Notes: generated by a model not told the origin, from the sequence alone. Positions 29,153 to 39,632 are shown, counted from the first letter of the stretch. The stretch: 64,000 nt of DNA from an uncultured bacterium (GCA_943788175.1 CALSPG010000001.1:240873-304872); one strand, 5' to 3'. Numbers and translations are program-made.

Positions 29153-30226
29153 TTAAATGCTAATATTATTGATTATAGATATAATTAAAATACTAGAAAA
29201 TCCTACAGTCGTTGCCGCAATAAGACCTATATAAAAAGGTTTTATACCTAGTTCTTTAAAATTATCAAAAGAAGTATTAAAACCAACTGCAGCCATTGCA
29301 ATGATTAAAAAGAATTCTGCAATTTTTTTAATAAAAACTATTGAATTTTTCCAAGTAGCTAAATATATCTCATTATCAAGAAAATAAAAATCACCTAATG
29401 ATCTAATGCAACCAAAAACAATAAAACCTATTACAAAGTAAGGGAAAATAGCAGAAATTTTATACGATTTTTTTTGTACAGACATTGATTTATGAGCTAA
29501 ATAGGGTATAACAATTACCATAAGCGTATTTCTAATTAATTTTGTAACAGTCGCAACAGCAATAATATTTGGTTCTTCATATTGATCGCTGTAAATCATA
29601 GCAGATCCAGCTACTTGAGCTGTCTCATGAATTGAACTACCAAGGAAAAGACCTGCTGAAACAATATCTTGAGAAAATAAAAAATGCGCAAATATTGGGT
29701 ATAAAAACATTGCAAAGAGTCCAAAAATTGTAATATTCGCAATTGCATAAGTAATTTCTGATTTTTTAGCTTTAATTGAAGGCGCTAAAGCCACAATTGC
29801 TGTAGCTCCACAAATACTGGTGCCGACAGCAATTAGCAATGATAGTTTTTCTGATATCTTAAGATTTTTTCGTAACACCTGAACTAAGAATATAGTAATG
29901 ATAATGCACGGGATAACGACAATTAACCCTTTAGTACCATAACTAATTAAATCTATTAGGCTTAAACGTATCCCTAATAAAATAATTCCAATTTTTAGTA
30001 ATACTTTTATACAAAAATCTAAACCAGGTTTTAGTGCATTAATAATCATTGAGTTGAAGTTTGCAATTGATATTCCAACTATAATGGCTATCATGATTGG
30101 TGATATTGGACTTTTTTCAAATCCAAGTAAATGTATTCCTAGATATTCAGATAGTTGAATTGATGTTATCGCAACTGTTATACAGGCTATAATACCAAAT
30201 GCTTTACTCTTAAAACTTTCGGACAT
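29153..30226 (-). CDS. YeiH/UPF0324-family integral membrane protein
   Basis: 357 aa, polytopic. VGTSICGATAIVALAPSIKAK matches the YeiH family core motif as I recall it. Confidence 0.7.
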   Translation of the reverse strand: MSESFKSKAFGIIACITVAITSIQLSEYLGIHLLGFEKSPISPIMIAIIVGISIANFNSMIINALKPGLDFCIKVLLKIGIILLGIRLSLIDLISYGTKGLIVVIPCIIITIFLVQVLRKNLKISEKLSLLIAVGTSICGATAIVALAPSIKAKKSEITYAIANITIFGLFAMFLYPIFAHFLFSQDIVSAGLFLGSSIHETAQVAGSAMIYSDQYEEPNIIAVATVTKLIRNTLMVIVIPYLAHKSMSVQKKSYKISAIFPYFVIGFIVFGCIRSLGDFYFLDNEIYLATWKNSIVFIKKIAEFFLIIAMAAVGFNTSFDNFKELGIKPFYIGLIAATTVGFSSILIISIINNISI

Positions 30227-30392
30227 TAAATATATATCCTATTATACATAATATATGTTATATGCCATTAAGATATCGAATTGTATGTTCTATTATATAA
30301 AATATATTTAATAACTAATATATCATACAGTATAATTTTTAAGGACAAACTTAGATTTTTGATAGATAATATTTTTTAAGAAGTTAAATAAA

Positions 30393-30427
30393 ACAAAAAA
30401 AGGAACACCTAAAGTCCCTTTTTTGTT
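30393..30427 (-). terminator. weak rho-independent terminator after the 30450..30983 gene
   Basis: The reverse strand reads AAAAAAGGGAC-TTTAGGT-GTTCCTTTTTTT, a 5-bp stem including one G-U pair. Confidence 0.4.
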
Positions 30428-30449
30428 GATATAGTTTTGTATTGGAAGT

Positions 30450-30983
30450 TTATTTTTCTGCCGCCTTAGCTTCTTCCTCTTTCATTTTTTGAATGCTTTT
30501 AATAATACTTGGAAGAGACTTTATCTCTTTTAAATCTTTAGTTAATTGTTCCTTTGATTGTTCCAAGTCAGCAAGTTTTTGTTTTGTTCGCCTAGCACTG
30601 CTTCGGACATCATCAGATAAGTCTTCAAGGTCATTTGTTACATTCTTAAAATTTCTTCCAGTCTCTCTTATAAAGTTATCTAACTTAAAGTCCACATCAT
30701 CAATTAAACTGAGTAATGAATCGGTATTTTTGATTATCAGATCAGTATTGTCTATGATATCTATTTGTGCCTTTCGCAGGTGTTTACCTCTTCCAATAAA
30801 TCTTAAATTGTATTGTCGAAGACTATCGGCAAATTGATCTTCAACTTTGTCCACAAGCTTTTGATCAATTGTATTGATTTCATCCATTCTTTTATTCAGC
30901 TCGTCTGCTAAATATTGAAAATATCCAGCCCCAAGAAAAAGAACGATAAGTAACCCAATGATAATTTTATCCGCATTTCTCAA
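30450..30983 (-). CDS. hypothetical N-terminally anchored coiled-coil protein
   Basis: It has a TM helix (IIIGLLIVLFLGAGYF) followed by charged heptad-like sequence. Confidence 0.5.
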   Translation of the reverse strand: MRNADKIIIGLLIVLFLGAGYFQYLADELNKRMDEINTIDQKLVDKVEDQFADSLRQYNLRFIGRGKHLRKAQIDIIDNTDLIIKNTDSLLSLIDDVDFKLDNFIRETGRNFKNVTNDLEDLSDDVRSSARRTKQKLADLEQSKEQLTKDLKEIKSLPSIIKSIQKMKEEEAKAAEK

Positions 30984-31008
30984 TTTTTATTTCCTTTATT
31001 TATTAATG

Positions 31009-31350
31009 CTACTTTAAGCCTTCAAGCCGTTTTTCCCATTCACTCATAATTTCAGAATCTAAGTTTGATGACTGTTCATGATTTTCTTGAGTGTTTGGTT
31101 CACTAGATATTGAATCATTACCTTCCATTAAAGTATGAATAATTTCAGCTCTCTTATCAGAGTTGCCTTTTACGGCCTCGGTTAGTTGACTGATCTCATC
31201 ATTAAAATCATTAATGGTACGGTCGAGCCTCATAACCAGTTCATTAAATAATTCTTCTCCATAAGAAGAATTAATTCCTTCAAGTAGGTCATCTAGCTTT
31301 TCGTTTAGATAGCCTAAACGACTATCCTGATTGTTAAACTCTATACTCAC
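31009..31350 (-). CDS. hypothetical acidic protein
   Basis: 113-aa ORF on the same strand as its neighbours and tightly spaced with them. No motif recognised. Confidence 0.45.
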   Translation of the reverse strand: MSIEFNNQDSRLGYLNEKLDDLLEGINSSYGEELFNELVMRLDRTINDFNDEISQLTEAVKGNSDKRAEIIHTLMEGNDSISSEPNTQENHEQSSNLDSEIMSEWEKRLEGLK

Positions 31351-31430
31351 AATAGACTGTAAATTTATATAAACGAATGTATTTATGGGAGATTATTTTT
31401 ATAAATTTTAATAATTTCATAAAACTGTAA

Positions 31431-31877
31431 TCATCTCCTCGTTTTTACTAGTTTCAATCCTCTCTTTTCAAGTGCATCTATTATGGGGAGAAATATTTTT
31501 TTCTGCAATCGATAAGGTAATTTATCAACAGTTTTTATTTTTAAAATATCATCTGGATTGCCTATTCCAGATGTTACAATTTCATATTTCCCCATACCAA
31601 CCACCACTACTAAATCATTGATATTAATTGATAAAGCTAAAAAAACCTTTCCGGTATTTAGTTTAAATAATTTATAATCAGTTAATATGAACCCAGACTC
31701 AGGAGCGTAATGAATAATATCGTATTCTTGACTTTCTAGATAATCTTTGATAGTTGGCATGATATCTTTGATTGAACCATTATACTGAAAGTTTATATTC
31801 ATTCGAGGTGGCTCAGGACAGGTTGAAATCTTAATTGAGCCGAGCGAAATTATTAAAAGAGTAAATAATGCGCGCAC
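31431..31877 (-). CDS. hypothetical lipoprotein
   Basis: Signal with a Cys (MRALFTLLIISLGSIKISTC). It starts 8 nt downstream of the lepB stop. Confidence 0.5.
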   Translation of the reverse strand: MRALFTLLIISLGSIKISTCPEPPRMNINFQYNGSIKDIMPTIKDYLESQEYDIIHYAPESGFILTDYKLFKLNTGKVFLALSININDLVVVVGMGKYEIVTSGIGNPDDILKIKTVDKLPYRLQKKIFLPIIDALEKRGLKLVKTRR

Positions 31878-31884
31878 GAAAATT

Positions 31885-33057
31885 CTAGTTTATCAGTGTA
31901 CCTATTCTATTCAATCTTGGAATCCATGTTTTTAAATCCAATGAGAAATACGCAAATAAAGCCTCTCCAAGAATAAATTTTTCTGGAATAAGTCCCCAAT
32001 ATCTTGAATCCAAACTGTCATCTCTATTATCACCCATAGCCCAATAATAATCTTGTTTTACTTCGTATATCTTCCATTCATTTAATGGTTTACCATTGAC
32101 TTCTAAAAACTCAAAATGACTATCTAAAATTTTTGTCGACCATGGATTAATTAAATTACCTTCTCCCCAGCCAAAGTATGGGTCGAAAACAGAAGGATGG
32201 TCTTTTCTTCTATGCAATTCAAATGGATCTTGAAGTGTAAAGTTATATGTTTTGGATTCACTTACAAGTTTGGCTGTATTCCCATCCATCATCATTATTG
32301 GGAGTAACTCACGCCAATTGGTATTTGTATTAATCTCAAACTTGTCACCTTTTTTTGGTATCACTATTGGCCCCATATTATCTTTATTAATATTAGTTTC
32401 AGAACTTAAATATATTTCTCTTTGTTTTATTGATCTTGGGATTTCCTTTTGGGAGAAAACAAAGTTTTCAGGAAGTTCTGTTAGAATGCCATTTATGTAT
32501 ACTTGTTTATGATTAATTATAATTGTATCACCAGGGCCGGCAACACACCTTTTAACGTATTTAACGTATTTATCTCTGGGATATTTAAAAATTAAAACAT
32601 CTCCGACTTCTGGAACTTTAAATCTTGGTAGCTGAAAAGAAGGTATAAAAAATCCGATATCAGTATATGGAATACCTACCCAATCAGGAGTTCTGAGGCC
32701 ATATACAAAACGACTACCAATTAAAAAATCTCCAGTCATAATTGTTTTTTCCATGCTCCCGGTAGGTACAATGTATGCTTCCAAGAGAGTTACTTTAACT
32801 GATAGAGCAATTAAGACAATAATAACAATTGCCTTTAATTCAGATAAAAACTTTTTATTTCCGGTACTTAAGCCTGTAAGCGCAAATCCAATTGCACCTA
32901 GAAATATTTTTGAGGGCATACCATATCTCTCATTTAAAAAAAGAGAATAAATAAGGATAAGTACCCCTAAAGCTGCCATTACTTTATTTTTAATTTCGTA
33001 ACCTAATAGTATCATTTTTTTATAATTGATTTTAAAATTCTCTAAAGATTTAAACAA
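31885..33057 (-). CDS. lepB: signal peptidase I
   Basis: S26 boxes are present: PTGSMEKTIMTGD (Ser), YVKRCVAGPGD (Lys) and GDNRDDSLDSRYWG. Confidence 0.88.
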   Translation of the reverse strand: MFKSLENFKINYKKMILLGYEIKNKVMAALGVLILIYSLFLNERYGMPSKIFLGAIGFALTGLSTGNKKFLSELKAIVIIVLIALSVKVTLLEAYIVPTGSMEKTIMTGDFLIGSRFVYGLRTPDWVGIPYTDIGFFIPSFQLPRFKVPEVGDVLIFKYPRDKYVKYVKRCVAGPGDTIIINHKQVYINGILTELPENFVFSQKEIPRSIKQREIYLSSETNINKDNMGPIVIPKKGDKFEINTNTNWRELLPIMMMDGNTAKLVSESKTYNFTLQDPFELHRRKDHPSVFDPYFGWGEGNLINPWSTKILDSHFEFLEVNGKPLNEWKIYEVKQDYYWAMGDNRDDSLDSRYWGLIPEKFILGEALFAYFSLDLKTWIPRLNRIGTLIN

Positions 33058-33109
33058 TCAGTTCCATATTTAACCATATAAAGCTTTAAGAATTTAAACC
33101 TGTCTTTTA

Positions 33110-33664
33110 TTATAAGATTCTACTTTTTTTATTTTTCATAGGTTTAAAAGTTAATCTATGTATCGGTGATGGATTGCAGTTTTTCAATGCATTTAAATGG
33201 AATTTAGTTCCGTAGCCTTTGTTGTTTTGAAAACCAAAATTAGGATATTGTAGTGCATAAGTTTCCATTAATTTATCTCTGCTTACTTTTGCATATATTG
33301 AAGCAGCCATAATACATTCTTCAGAATTATCTCCTCCAACGATATTTTTATTAGGTAAATCGATATCTAGTTTATCTAATCCGTCAATTAAAACTAAATC
33401 AGGTCGTTTTTTTAAATTTTTTATCGCATCTTTCATTGCTTGAATAGTAGCATTTCTTATATTAACCCTATCTATAGTAGAAGCTTCTATTGACGCGATG
33501 CCTATACTGATGGCTATTCGTTTTATTTTTATTGATAGCTCAATTCTTTTTTTTGCGCTTAGCTTTTTTGAATCATTAAGCCCAACAATATAATGTTTTG
33601 TTGGTAAAATCACAGCAGCTGCAACTACTGGCCCAGCTAACGACCCTCTACCTACTTCATCCAC
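33110..33664 (-). CDS. rnhB: ribonuclease HII; the N-terminus probably extends upstream of the GTG
   Basis: DEVGRGSLAGPVVAAAVIL (catalytic DEXGRG), DSKKLS, and the C-terminal NKGYGT..H and HR.SF. In-frame upstream codons give EKIIIQNLKKYICG-V-DEVGRG back to a stop at 33707-33709. Confidence 0.88.
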   Translation of the reverse strand: MDEVGRGSLAGPVVAAAVILPTKHYIVGLNDSKKLSAKKRIELSIKIKRIAISIGIASIEASTIDRVNIRNATIQAMKDAIKNLKKRPDLVLIDGLDKLDIDLPNKNIVGGDNSEECIMAASIYAKVSRDKLMETYALQYPNFGFQNNKGYGTKFHLNALKNCNPSPIHRLTFKPMKNKKSRIL

Positions 33665-33796
33665 TCCGCAAATATATTTTTTTAAATTTTGTATAATGAT
33701 TTTCTCTTAATTTTAAAATTTTAATTTCTTGATTGTCGTTCCCAAGTCTTTATTATAATATATGTTCTTAATTTAAATGAAACATTAGGTATAACA

Positions 33797-35374
33797 ATGG
33801 ACAGAAAACAATCTGGGATAGTTTTTTTTGCAATAATAACATTTTTGCTTTACGCATTCGGTGTTGAATTATTTGAACAAGTCTGGAGTTTTCCTAAGAT
33901 AAGGGAAATCCCTTTAATGGTATTGGCTTTAGTAGGGACAGGCGTTTTTGCCACTGTAAGACTCGGTTTTCCTCAACTAAAATATTTAAAACATGGAATT
34001 AATGTTACTGCTGGTAAGTATGATGACCCAGCTGACAAAGGTGACTTAAATCATTTTCAGGCATTGACAACAGCTCTTTCTGCAACTGTTGGTGTTGGAA
34101 ATATAGCAGGTGTGGCAACGGCAATGTATTACGGTGGACCAGGTGCATTATTTTGGATGTGGATTACTGCTTTTTTTGGCACTACTCTAAAATATGCGGA
34201 GTGCACTCTATCAGTCAAATATAGAGAAATAAACTCTAGTGGTTTCACCGCAGGTGGACCTATGTATACGATTGAAAATGGCATGGGTAAAAAGTGGAAA
34301 TGGCTAGCGATAGCTTTCGCAGGTTTCGCTATAATTTGTTCTTTTGCTACAGGAAATGCGATACAATCCTTTACTATCTCAGATCAAATTTATTCTGAAT
34401 CTGTGCAACTTCTTGGTTCAGATCACTTTTTAAACTTAGATAGAACTTTATTTGGTATTATAAGTTTTAATTTTCAGCAAATATTCATTGGTATTATTCT
34501 AGCCACTGTTGTTGGTGCAGTAATTATTGGTGGTATAAAAAGGATTGGCCAAGTTACTGGCTACCTAGCACCAATTATGGCGGTAATATATGTATTAGCT
34601 TCTGTTTTAGTACTCGTCTATCATTCAGAAAAGATTGGCGAGTCTTTTTCACTTATTTTTAATGGCGTTTTTAATCCTACTGCTACTGTCATAGGAGCTG
34701 GAGGCGGCGCTTTAATGACAATGCTTAATACTATGTTAATGGGTATTAAAAGGGGTCTTTATTCAAATGAAGCTGGGCAAGGAAGTGCTGCAATCGCACA
34801 TTCTGCAGCAAAAACAAATTTTCCAGTACGAGAAGGCGCCGTAGCAATGCTCGGGCCGTATATAGATACTATTATTATTTGTACTTTAACTGGTTTAGTA
34901 ATTCTATGTACTGGTGCATGGAAACATACTGAGTATTATGTAAGTATATCTGCTAGTTCTATTGAAGAATATAATAATGCAATAACTATAGGTATTTTTA
35001 GAGGTATGGATTTAATAAATGGAAGTCTCCTGACATCATTTGCTTTCAAAAATGGTTTAAGTTGGATTTTTAACTATGGAGATAAGATAATTACCCTATC
35101 TGTATTATTGTTCGCAACCTCTACTGCTATTAGTTGGTCTTTTTATGGTGATAGAGCAACAGAATACCTCTTTGGTGAAAAGGCAATATATTGGTACCGC
35201 TTAGTCTATATCCTTTTTGTTTTTATAGGAGCAAATGCCGGGATAGAAACGGTTTGGGCGTTCGGAGATGCTGCCCTTGGATTTATGACATTCCCTAACC
35301 TTATATCAATAATTTTTCTTACTGGAGCATTGAAAAAAATGACTCAAGAATATTTCAAAGTAAATAATGAATAA
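33797..35374 (+). CDS. alanine/glycine:cation symporter (AGCS family)
   Basis: FQALTTALSATVGVGNIAGVATAMYYGGPGALFWMW and GLYSNEAGQGSAAIAHSAAKT. Confidence 0.9.
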   Translation: MDRKQSGIVFFAIITFLLYAFGVELFEQVWSFPKIREIPLMVLALVGTGVFATVRLGFPQLKYLKHGINVTAGKYDDPADKGDLNHFQALTTALSATVGVGNIAGVATAMYYGGPGALFWMWITAFFGTTLKYAECTLSVKYREINSSGFTAGGPMYTIENGMGKKWKWLAIAFAGFAIICSFATGNAIQSFTISDQIYSESVQLLGSDHFLNLDRTLFGIISFNFQQIFIGIILATVVGAVIIGGIKRIGQVTGYLAPIMAVIYVLASVLVLVYHSEKIGESFSLIFNGVFNPTATVIGAGGGALMTMLNTMLMGIKRGLYSNEAGQGSAAIAHSAAKTNFPVREGAVAMLGPYIDTIIICTLTGLVILCTGAWKHTEYYVSISASSIEEYNNAITIGIFRGMDLINGSLLTSFAFKNGLSWIFNYGDKIITLSVLLFATSTAISWSFYGDRATEYLFGEKAIYWYRLVYILFVFIGANAGIETVWAFGDAALGFMTFPNLISIIFLTGALKKMTQEYFKVNNE

Positions 35375-36155
35375 AGGAGATAATCATATTTTTTTAGAAA
35401 CGGCAATTTTTGCTGCAAAATCGGCAGCGACCGTTATCAATTCATCTTATAATAATTCTGTTAAAACTTACAAAAGCTTAACAGATCTTGTTACTCAAAC
35501 GGATATTGATTCTGAAAAAAAGATTATAGAATTAATAAGTTCAAAATTCCCAGATCATAGTTTCTTAGCAGAGGAATCTGGAAAAAAATTGAAACCTTCC
35601 AAATTTACATGGGTTATCGACCCACTTGATGGCACTACGAATTTTGTACATGGCTATCCCTGTTACGGAATATCTATAGCTTTGATGCACGAAAACGAAA
35701 CTATAGTAGGTGTAGTGATTGAGTTGCCTATGAATAATATATATTTTGCGACAAATACTAGTTCGGCTTATTGCAATGATGATATTATCCAGGTCTCAAA
35801 AAATAAAGATCTTATTAATAGTCTTCTAGTTACTGGCTTTGGATATAACCATGGAGATAAATGGAATTTTAATATGGAACTATTTAAAAAATTTACAGAT
35901 TTAACACAAGGAGTTAGAAGATCAGGAGCAGCGGCTGTTGATTTATGCCATACTGCATCTGGAAAAGTCGACGGATATTGGGAATTTGATGTTAAGCCTT
36001 GGGATTTGGCTGCCGGCGCTTTAATTGCTAAACAAGCTGGTGCAAAGCTAACAAATCTTAAAGGAGAAAAATTTTCAATTTTTGATAATGAAGTACTAGT
36101 ATCAAATAACTTAATTCATTCCGAAATGGTTAATACTGTTCATAACCTTAGTTAA
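35367..36155 (+). CDS. suhB: inositol monophosphatase family protein
   Basis: FLAEESG, WVIDPLDGTTNFVHG and WDLAAGALI. Confidence 0.9.
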   Translation: MNKGDNHIFLETAIFAAKSAATVINSSYNNSVKTYKSLTDLVTQTDIDSEKKIIELISSKFPDHSFLAEESGKKLKPSKFTWVIDPLDGTTNFVHGYPCYGISIALMHENETIVGVVIELPMNNIYFATNTSSAYCNDDIIQVSKNKDLINSLLVTGFGYNHGDKWNFNMELFKKFTDLTQGVRRSGAAAVDLCHTASGKVDGYWEFDVKPWDLAAGALIAKQAGAKLTNLKGEKFSIFDNEVLVSNNLIHSEMVNTVHNLS

Positions 36156-36855
36156 ATTGATCAATGAATTGCTTTTCCGTCCAAGTAGCTTCAATTGAAA
36201 CTATTTTATTACTTTTTCGAGATGTTTTAATTATTTCTATAGCTCTAAAGCTATAATTAGGTCCTTTTTCTACTAGGCTTCCCTCCCAGCTGTAATGGAT
36301 AACAAACCTGTTTTTTTTTGAAAAAATATCTATTATACTCAATTCGTAATCAAACCACCTATTTCCATAACTTTTTATATCTTCGATAAATTTATCAGAA
36401 CGTTGCTGGAGCTGCTGTTTTGTCAAAAATACCAGGGTCGACATAGACTCGCCATTTCTACTAAATATTAATTTTAGCGAATCACCAGCCGCACCCTTGG
36501 TTTTTCTTATAAAATAATCTTCACTATTATTATTACTTAACTTATAATCATTTACCTGAAGTATTACATCGCCCTTATTTAACATATTAGTTGCTTTAAT
36601 AAAAGGCGATACCGCTTTAATCATTATCCCAAGATTTGTCACTTCAGTAGTTATACCTAAACCAACGTATGGAGAATGATAATATATAAAATTATTGTCA
36701 AGAAAAAGGCTAACAGAGTCAATGTTAGCGCTATATCGAGATTCTAGAAATTTGATAATTTGAATTTCTTTTTTATTTTGGCCTAAAGTTAAGGAAAGGA
36801 AAAAACTTAAAAATATAGTGATTTTGATTAAATAATAACGTTTCATTGAAATCAA
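36148..36855 (-). CDS. secreted PDZ-domain protein
   Basis: It has a signal peptide and a PDZ-like core (GLGITTEVTNLGIMIKAVSPFIKATNMLNKGDVILQVNDYKL). The flanks resemble an NTF2/SnoaL-like fold, but that is a weak call. Confidence 0.5.
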   Translation of the reverse strand: MISMKRYYLIKITIFLSFFLSLTLGQNKKEIQIIKFLESRYSANIDSVSLFLDNNFIYYHSPYVGLGITTEVTNLGIMIKAVSPFIKATNMLNKGDVILQVNDYKLSNNNSEDYFIRKTKGAAGDSLKLIFSRNGESMSTLVFLTKQQLQQRSDKFIEDIKSYGNRWFDYELSIIDIFSKKNRFVIHYSWEGSLVEKGPNYSFRAIEIIKTSRKSNKIVSIEATWTEKQFIDQFN

Positions 36856-36869
36856 ATCTAGCTATCTAT

Positions 36870-37748
36870 TTATTCTATTTTAAGGTTTTTAATAATGTGA
36901 TTAATTGTATCAGGAGTGGAGCCACAGCAAGCACCAAGAACACTAGCGCCTTTGCTAGCGGCAAACATTAATTGTTCTGCAATATCTATATCATTTATTT
37001 TACTATCGATATATCCATCTTTTGTTGGCATGTCCTCTCCCAAGTTTGGATATACACCCCACTTACCTGGCCAATGTCTTTTTATTTTTGGTATTGCTCT
37101 AATGGTGTTGTGAATTGTTGAGCAGTTTATAAGTATTGTATCAACTGAATTATTATAAGCGAGCCTAAAAACTTCTGTAATATTTGTACCATCAAGAATT
37201 TGATTTTCATTTTTTAAAACCATACTTAGCCACTTCTTTTTATTTGTATTAATATCAATTTCTAATAGTGTCTTAATTTCCTCAAAATTGCCCATCGTTT
37301 CATAGAGTAATAAGTCAACGGCTTGATGATTAAATATATTAATTAGATGAATATATTCATCTATAGCAATCCTTTTACCTGGAAAATCGTTTGGTTCGTA
37401 ACAATCTTCTAATGGTCCTATAGATCCTGCAACCAAAACGTTTCTTCCCTTTCTGGCTGTGTTAGCAGCTTCTATAGCTAATCTAAGTGATTGTTCACTT
37501 TTAACGACGGCATTAGAATTACTGTATCCAGCTTTTCTAAAAGTTCTAGGAGTAGTTCTAAACGAATTAGTAGTGATTACATTACATCCGCTTTTAATAT
37601 ATTCTTTATGAATAGCTATTACATCATCAAAGTTTTCATAATTAGCAACAGCAGACCATAACGGTAATGGCGCTTTAATACCTCGCATCATTAGAGCGGT
37701 ACCCATAGCACCATCTAAAATGAGTGGTATTTGAATGTCTGAATCCAT
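36870..37748 (-). CDS. homocysteine S-methyltransferase family protein
   Basis: ILDGAMGT at the N-terminus, the Zn-ligand context NCS and GACCGSTP. Confidence 0.85.
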   Translation of the reverse strand: MDSDIQIPLILDGAMGTALMMRGIKAPLPLWSAVANYENFDDVIAIHKEYIKSGCNVITTNSFRTTPRTFRKAGYSNSNAVVKSEQSLRLAIEAANTARKGRNVLVAGSIGPLEDCYEPNDFPGKRIAIDEYIHLINIFNHQAVDLLLYETMGNFEEIKTLLEIDINTNKKKWLSMVLKNENQILDGTNITEVFRLAYNNSVDTILINCSTIHNTIRAIPKIKRHWPGKWGVYPNLGEDMPTKDGYIDSKINDIDIAEQLMFAASKGASVLGACCGSTPDTINHIIKNLKIE

Positions 37749-37802
37749 AGTTTAAATTAAATAATATTATTTTTAATAAAATTGTATTTATACCTTCTAT
37801 GC

Positions 37803-39083
37803 ATGAGTAAAATAAAAAATACTATGCTAGTTGTGATTTTGACAAGTTTTGTTATTTGTCAAAAGACATATATTCAAGCCGGTAGGCTCATTGATGGTAT
37901 TACAGAGATTCCAATAGAGATGGTGACAATTGTTATTAATGGTAGCATAATACAAGCAATATTAAGAGGACATATACAGCCTGGACCTAAAGATAGCCTA
38001 ATATCATTAAAAGAATTTACTGTATTACCTGGTTTGATGGACATGCATACCCACTTATCAATTCAAAGTAGTCCAAAAAGTTATATGGAAAAATTTTATA
38101 TGGACCTTGATGAATATGCATATAGGTCTATACCGTATGCAGAAAAAACACTTATGGCTGGTTTTACAACTGTTAGAGAGCTTGGAGGAGTTATTAGCAA
38201 TAGCTTGCGTGATGCCATAAGCGCTGGCTATGTAAATGGTCCAAGGATTTTCAGTGCCGGTAAATCAATTGCCACAACTGGAGGCCATGCGGACCCTTCA
38301 AGCGGATTAAATATGAATTTTTCAGCAGATTTAGGACCTGAAGATGGTGTTATTAATGGACCCAGTGATGCAAGAAAAGCAGTTCGTCAAAGATATAAAA
38401 ATGGTTCTGATTTAATAAAAATTTCTGCTACTGGTGGTGTATTGAGTGTAGCTAAGAATAGTAAAAATCCTCAGTTTACAGAATCAGAAATTAAGGCCAT
38501 AGTTGAAGCTGCTCAAGATTACGATATGCATGTTGCTGCTCATGCGCATGGCCCTGAAGGTATGAAGAGGGCTATTAGGGCGGGTGTTCATTCAATAGAA
38601 CATGGTACTATAATGGACGGCGAAGTTTTGGCATTAATGAAGAAGCATGGAACATATTATGTGCCGACGATATCTGCGGGTATGTTCGCGGCTGAAAAAG
38701 CAAAAATAATTGGTTATTATCCCCCTATCATTATTCCTAAGGCATTAGAAATTGGTCCTAGATTATTAAATACTTTTACTACTGCTTATAAATTCGGTAT
38801 TAAGATCGCATTCGGTACAGATTCAGGCGTTTCGTATCATGGTAATAATGCAATGGAGTTTTCATATATGGTAAAGGGCGGCATGACTGAAATGGAAGCG
38901 ATTAGATCAGCAACTATTACTGCATCAGAAATGCTAGGTATTAGTGATGAATTAGGGTCAGTTGAATCAGGAAAGTTAGCAGATTTAATAGCTGTTGAAG
39001 GAAACCCAATTAAAGATATAACAGCACTTCAAAATGTTGTTTTCGTAATGAAAGAAGGTAAAATATATAAATTACCAAAATAG
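37803..39083 (+). CDS. secreted amidohydrolase-family metallohydrolase
   Basis: ATG 37803 gives the signal MSKIKNTMLVVILTSFVICQ. Motifs are PGLMDMHTHL, AAHAHG and FGTDSG. Confidence 0.85.
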   Translation: MSKIKNTMLVVILTSFVICQKTYIQAGRLIDGITEIPIEMVTIVINGSIIQAILRGHIQPGPKDSLISLKEFTVLPGLMDMHTHLSIQSSPKSYMEKFYMDLDEYAYRSIPYAEKTLMAGFTTVRELGGVISNSLRDAISAGYVNGPRIFSAGKSIATTGGHADPSSGLNMNFSADLGPEDGVINGPSDARKAVRQRYKNGSDLIKISATGGVLSVAKNSKNPQFTESEIKAIVEAAQDYDMHVAAHAHGPEGMKRAIRAGVHSIEHGTIMDGEVLALMKKHGTYYVPTISAGMFAAEKAKIIGYYPPIIIPKALEIGPRLLNTFTTAYKFGIKIAFGTDSGVSYHGNNAMEFSYMVKGGMTEMEAIRSATITASEMLGISDELGSVESGKLADLIAVEGNPIKDITALQNVVFVMKEGKIYKLPK

Positions 39084-39614
39084 TTAATTCATTTTTCCCC
39101 TTCTTAATGCATAATCATGTGATCTTTCCGTAATTATTTCCATTGCTTCTTCTATTTCAAGTTGATAATGATTCGGTAGTAATTGAACCCACCAGTTTGG
39201 AATCATGCTTTGTAAAATCTTTTGTGTGCTAAGTGGTCCTAACCCATTTCCATAATTATTTTTAAAATAGACATTAAGTTTAGATTTCCAAAATCCTTCT
39301 TTCACATCTTGGACAAACACTAACCATTCAAAATATTTAGCCAAATAACTACCTATGCCAATAATAATCGAAACAAAAATTATTGTCATAGATAATTTTA
39401 AATCTTCATAAAATAAAGATAAAAACCACAGATTAATAATCATTAAAAATGTCCCTATCAATAAACCATGTTTAGAAAGCCATATAATTTGTGGTAACAG
39501 TTCACAAAATCGCTTTTTGCTTTGCATAGTAAGCCAGGTGGCAAAACTCCAGCTAAGAGTTAGCAATATAACTAAAAAAATTAAATGAGGCTGAACATCT
39601 GTATGTATGAACAT
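39084..39614 (-). CDS. hypothetical integral membrane protein
   Basis: 176 aa with 4-5 hydrophobic helices. No motif recognised. Confidence 0.5.
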   Translation of the reverse strand: MFIHTDVQPHLIFLVILLTLSWSFATWLTMQSKKRFCELLPQIIWLSKHGLLIGTFLMIINLWFLSLFYEDLKLSMTIIFVSIIIGIGSYLAKYFEWLVFVQDVKEGFWKSKLNVYFKNNYGNGLGPLSTQKILQSMIPNWWVQLLPNHYQLEIEEAMEIITERSHDYALRRGKMN

Positions 39615-39632
39615 AAAATTAAAATAGACAAA

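Noticed and set aside
33700-33796. Riboswitch (for example glycine) upstream of the alanine/glycine symporter
   Set aside because: The 97-nt spacer is almost pure A/T. It has no conserved GGAGAG/CACCG-type elements and no stable stems.
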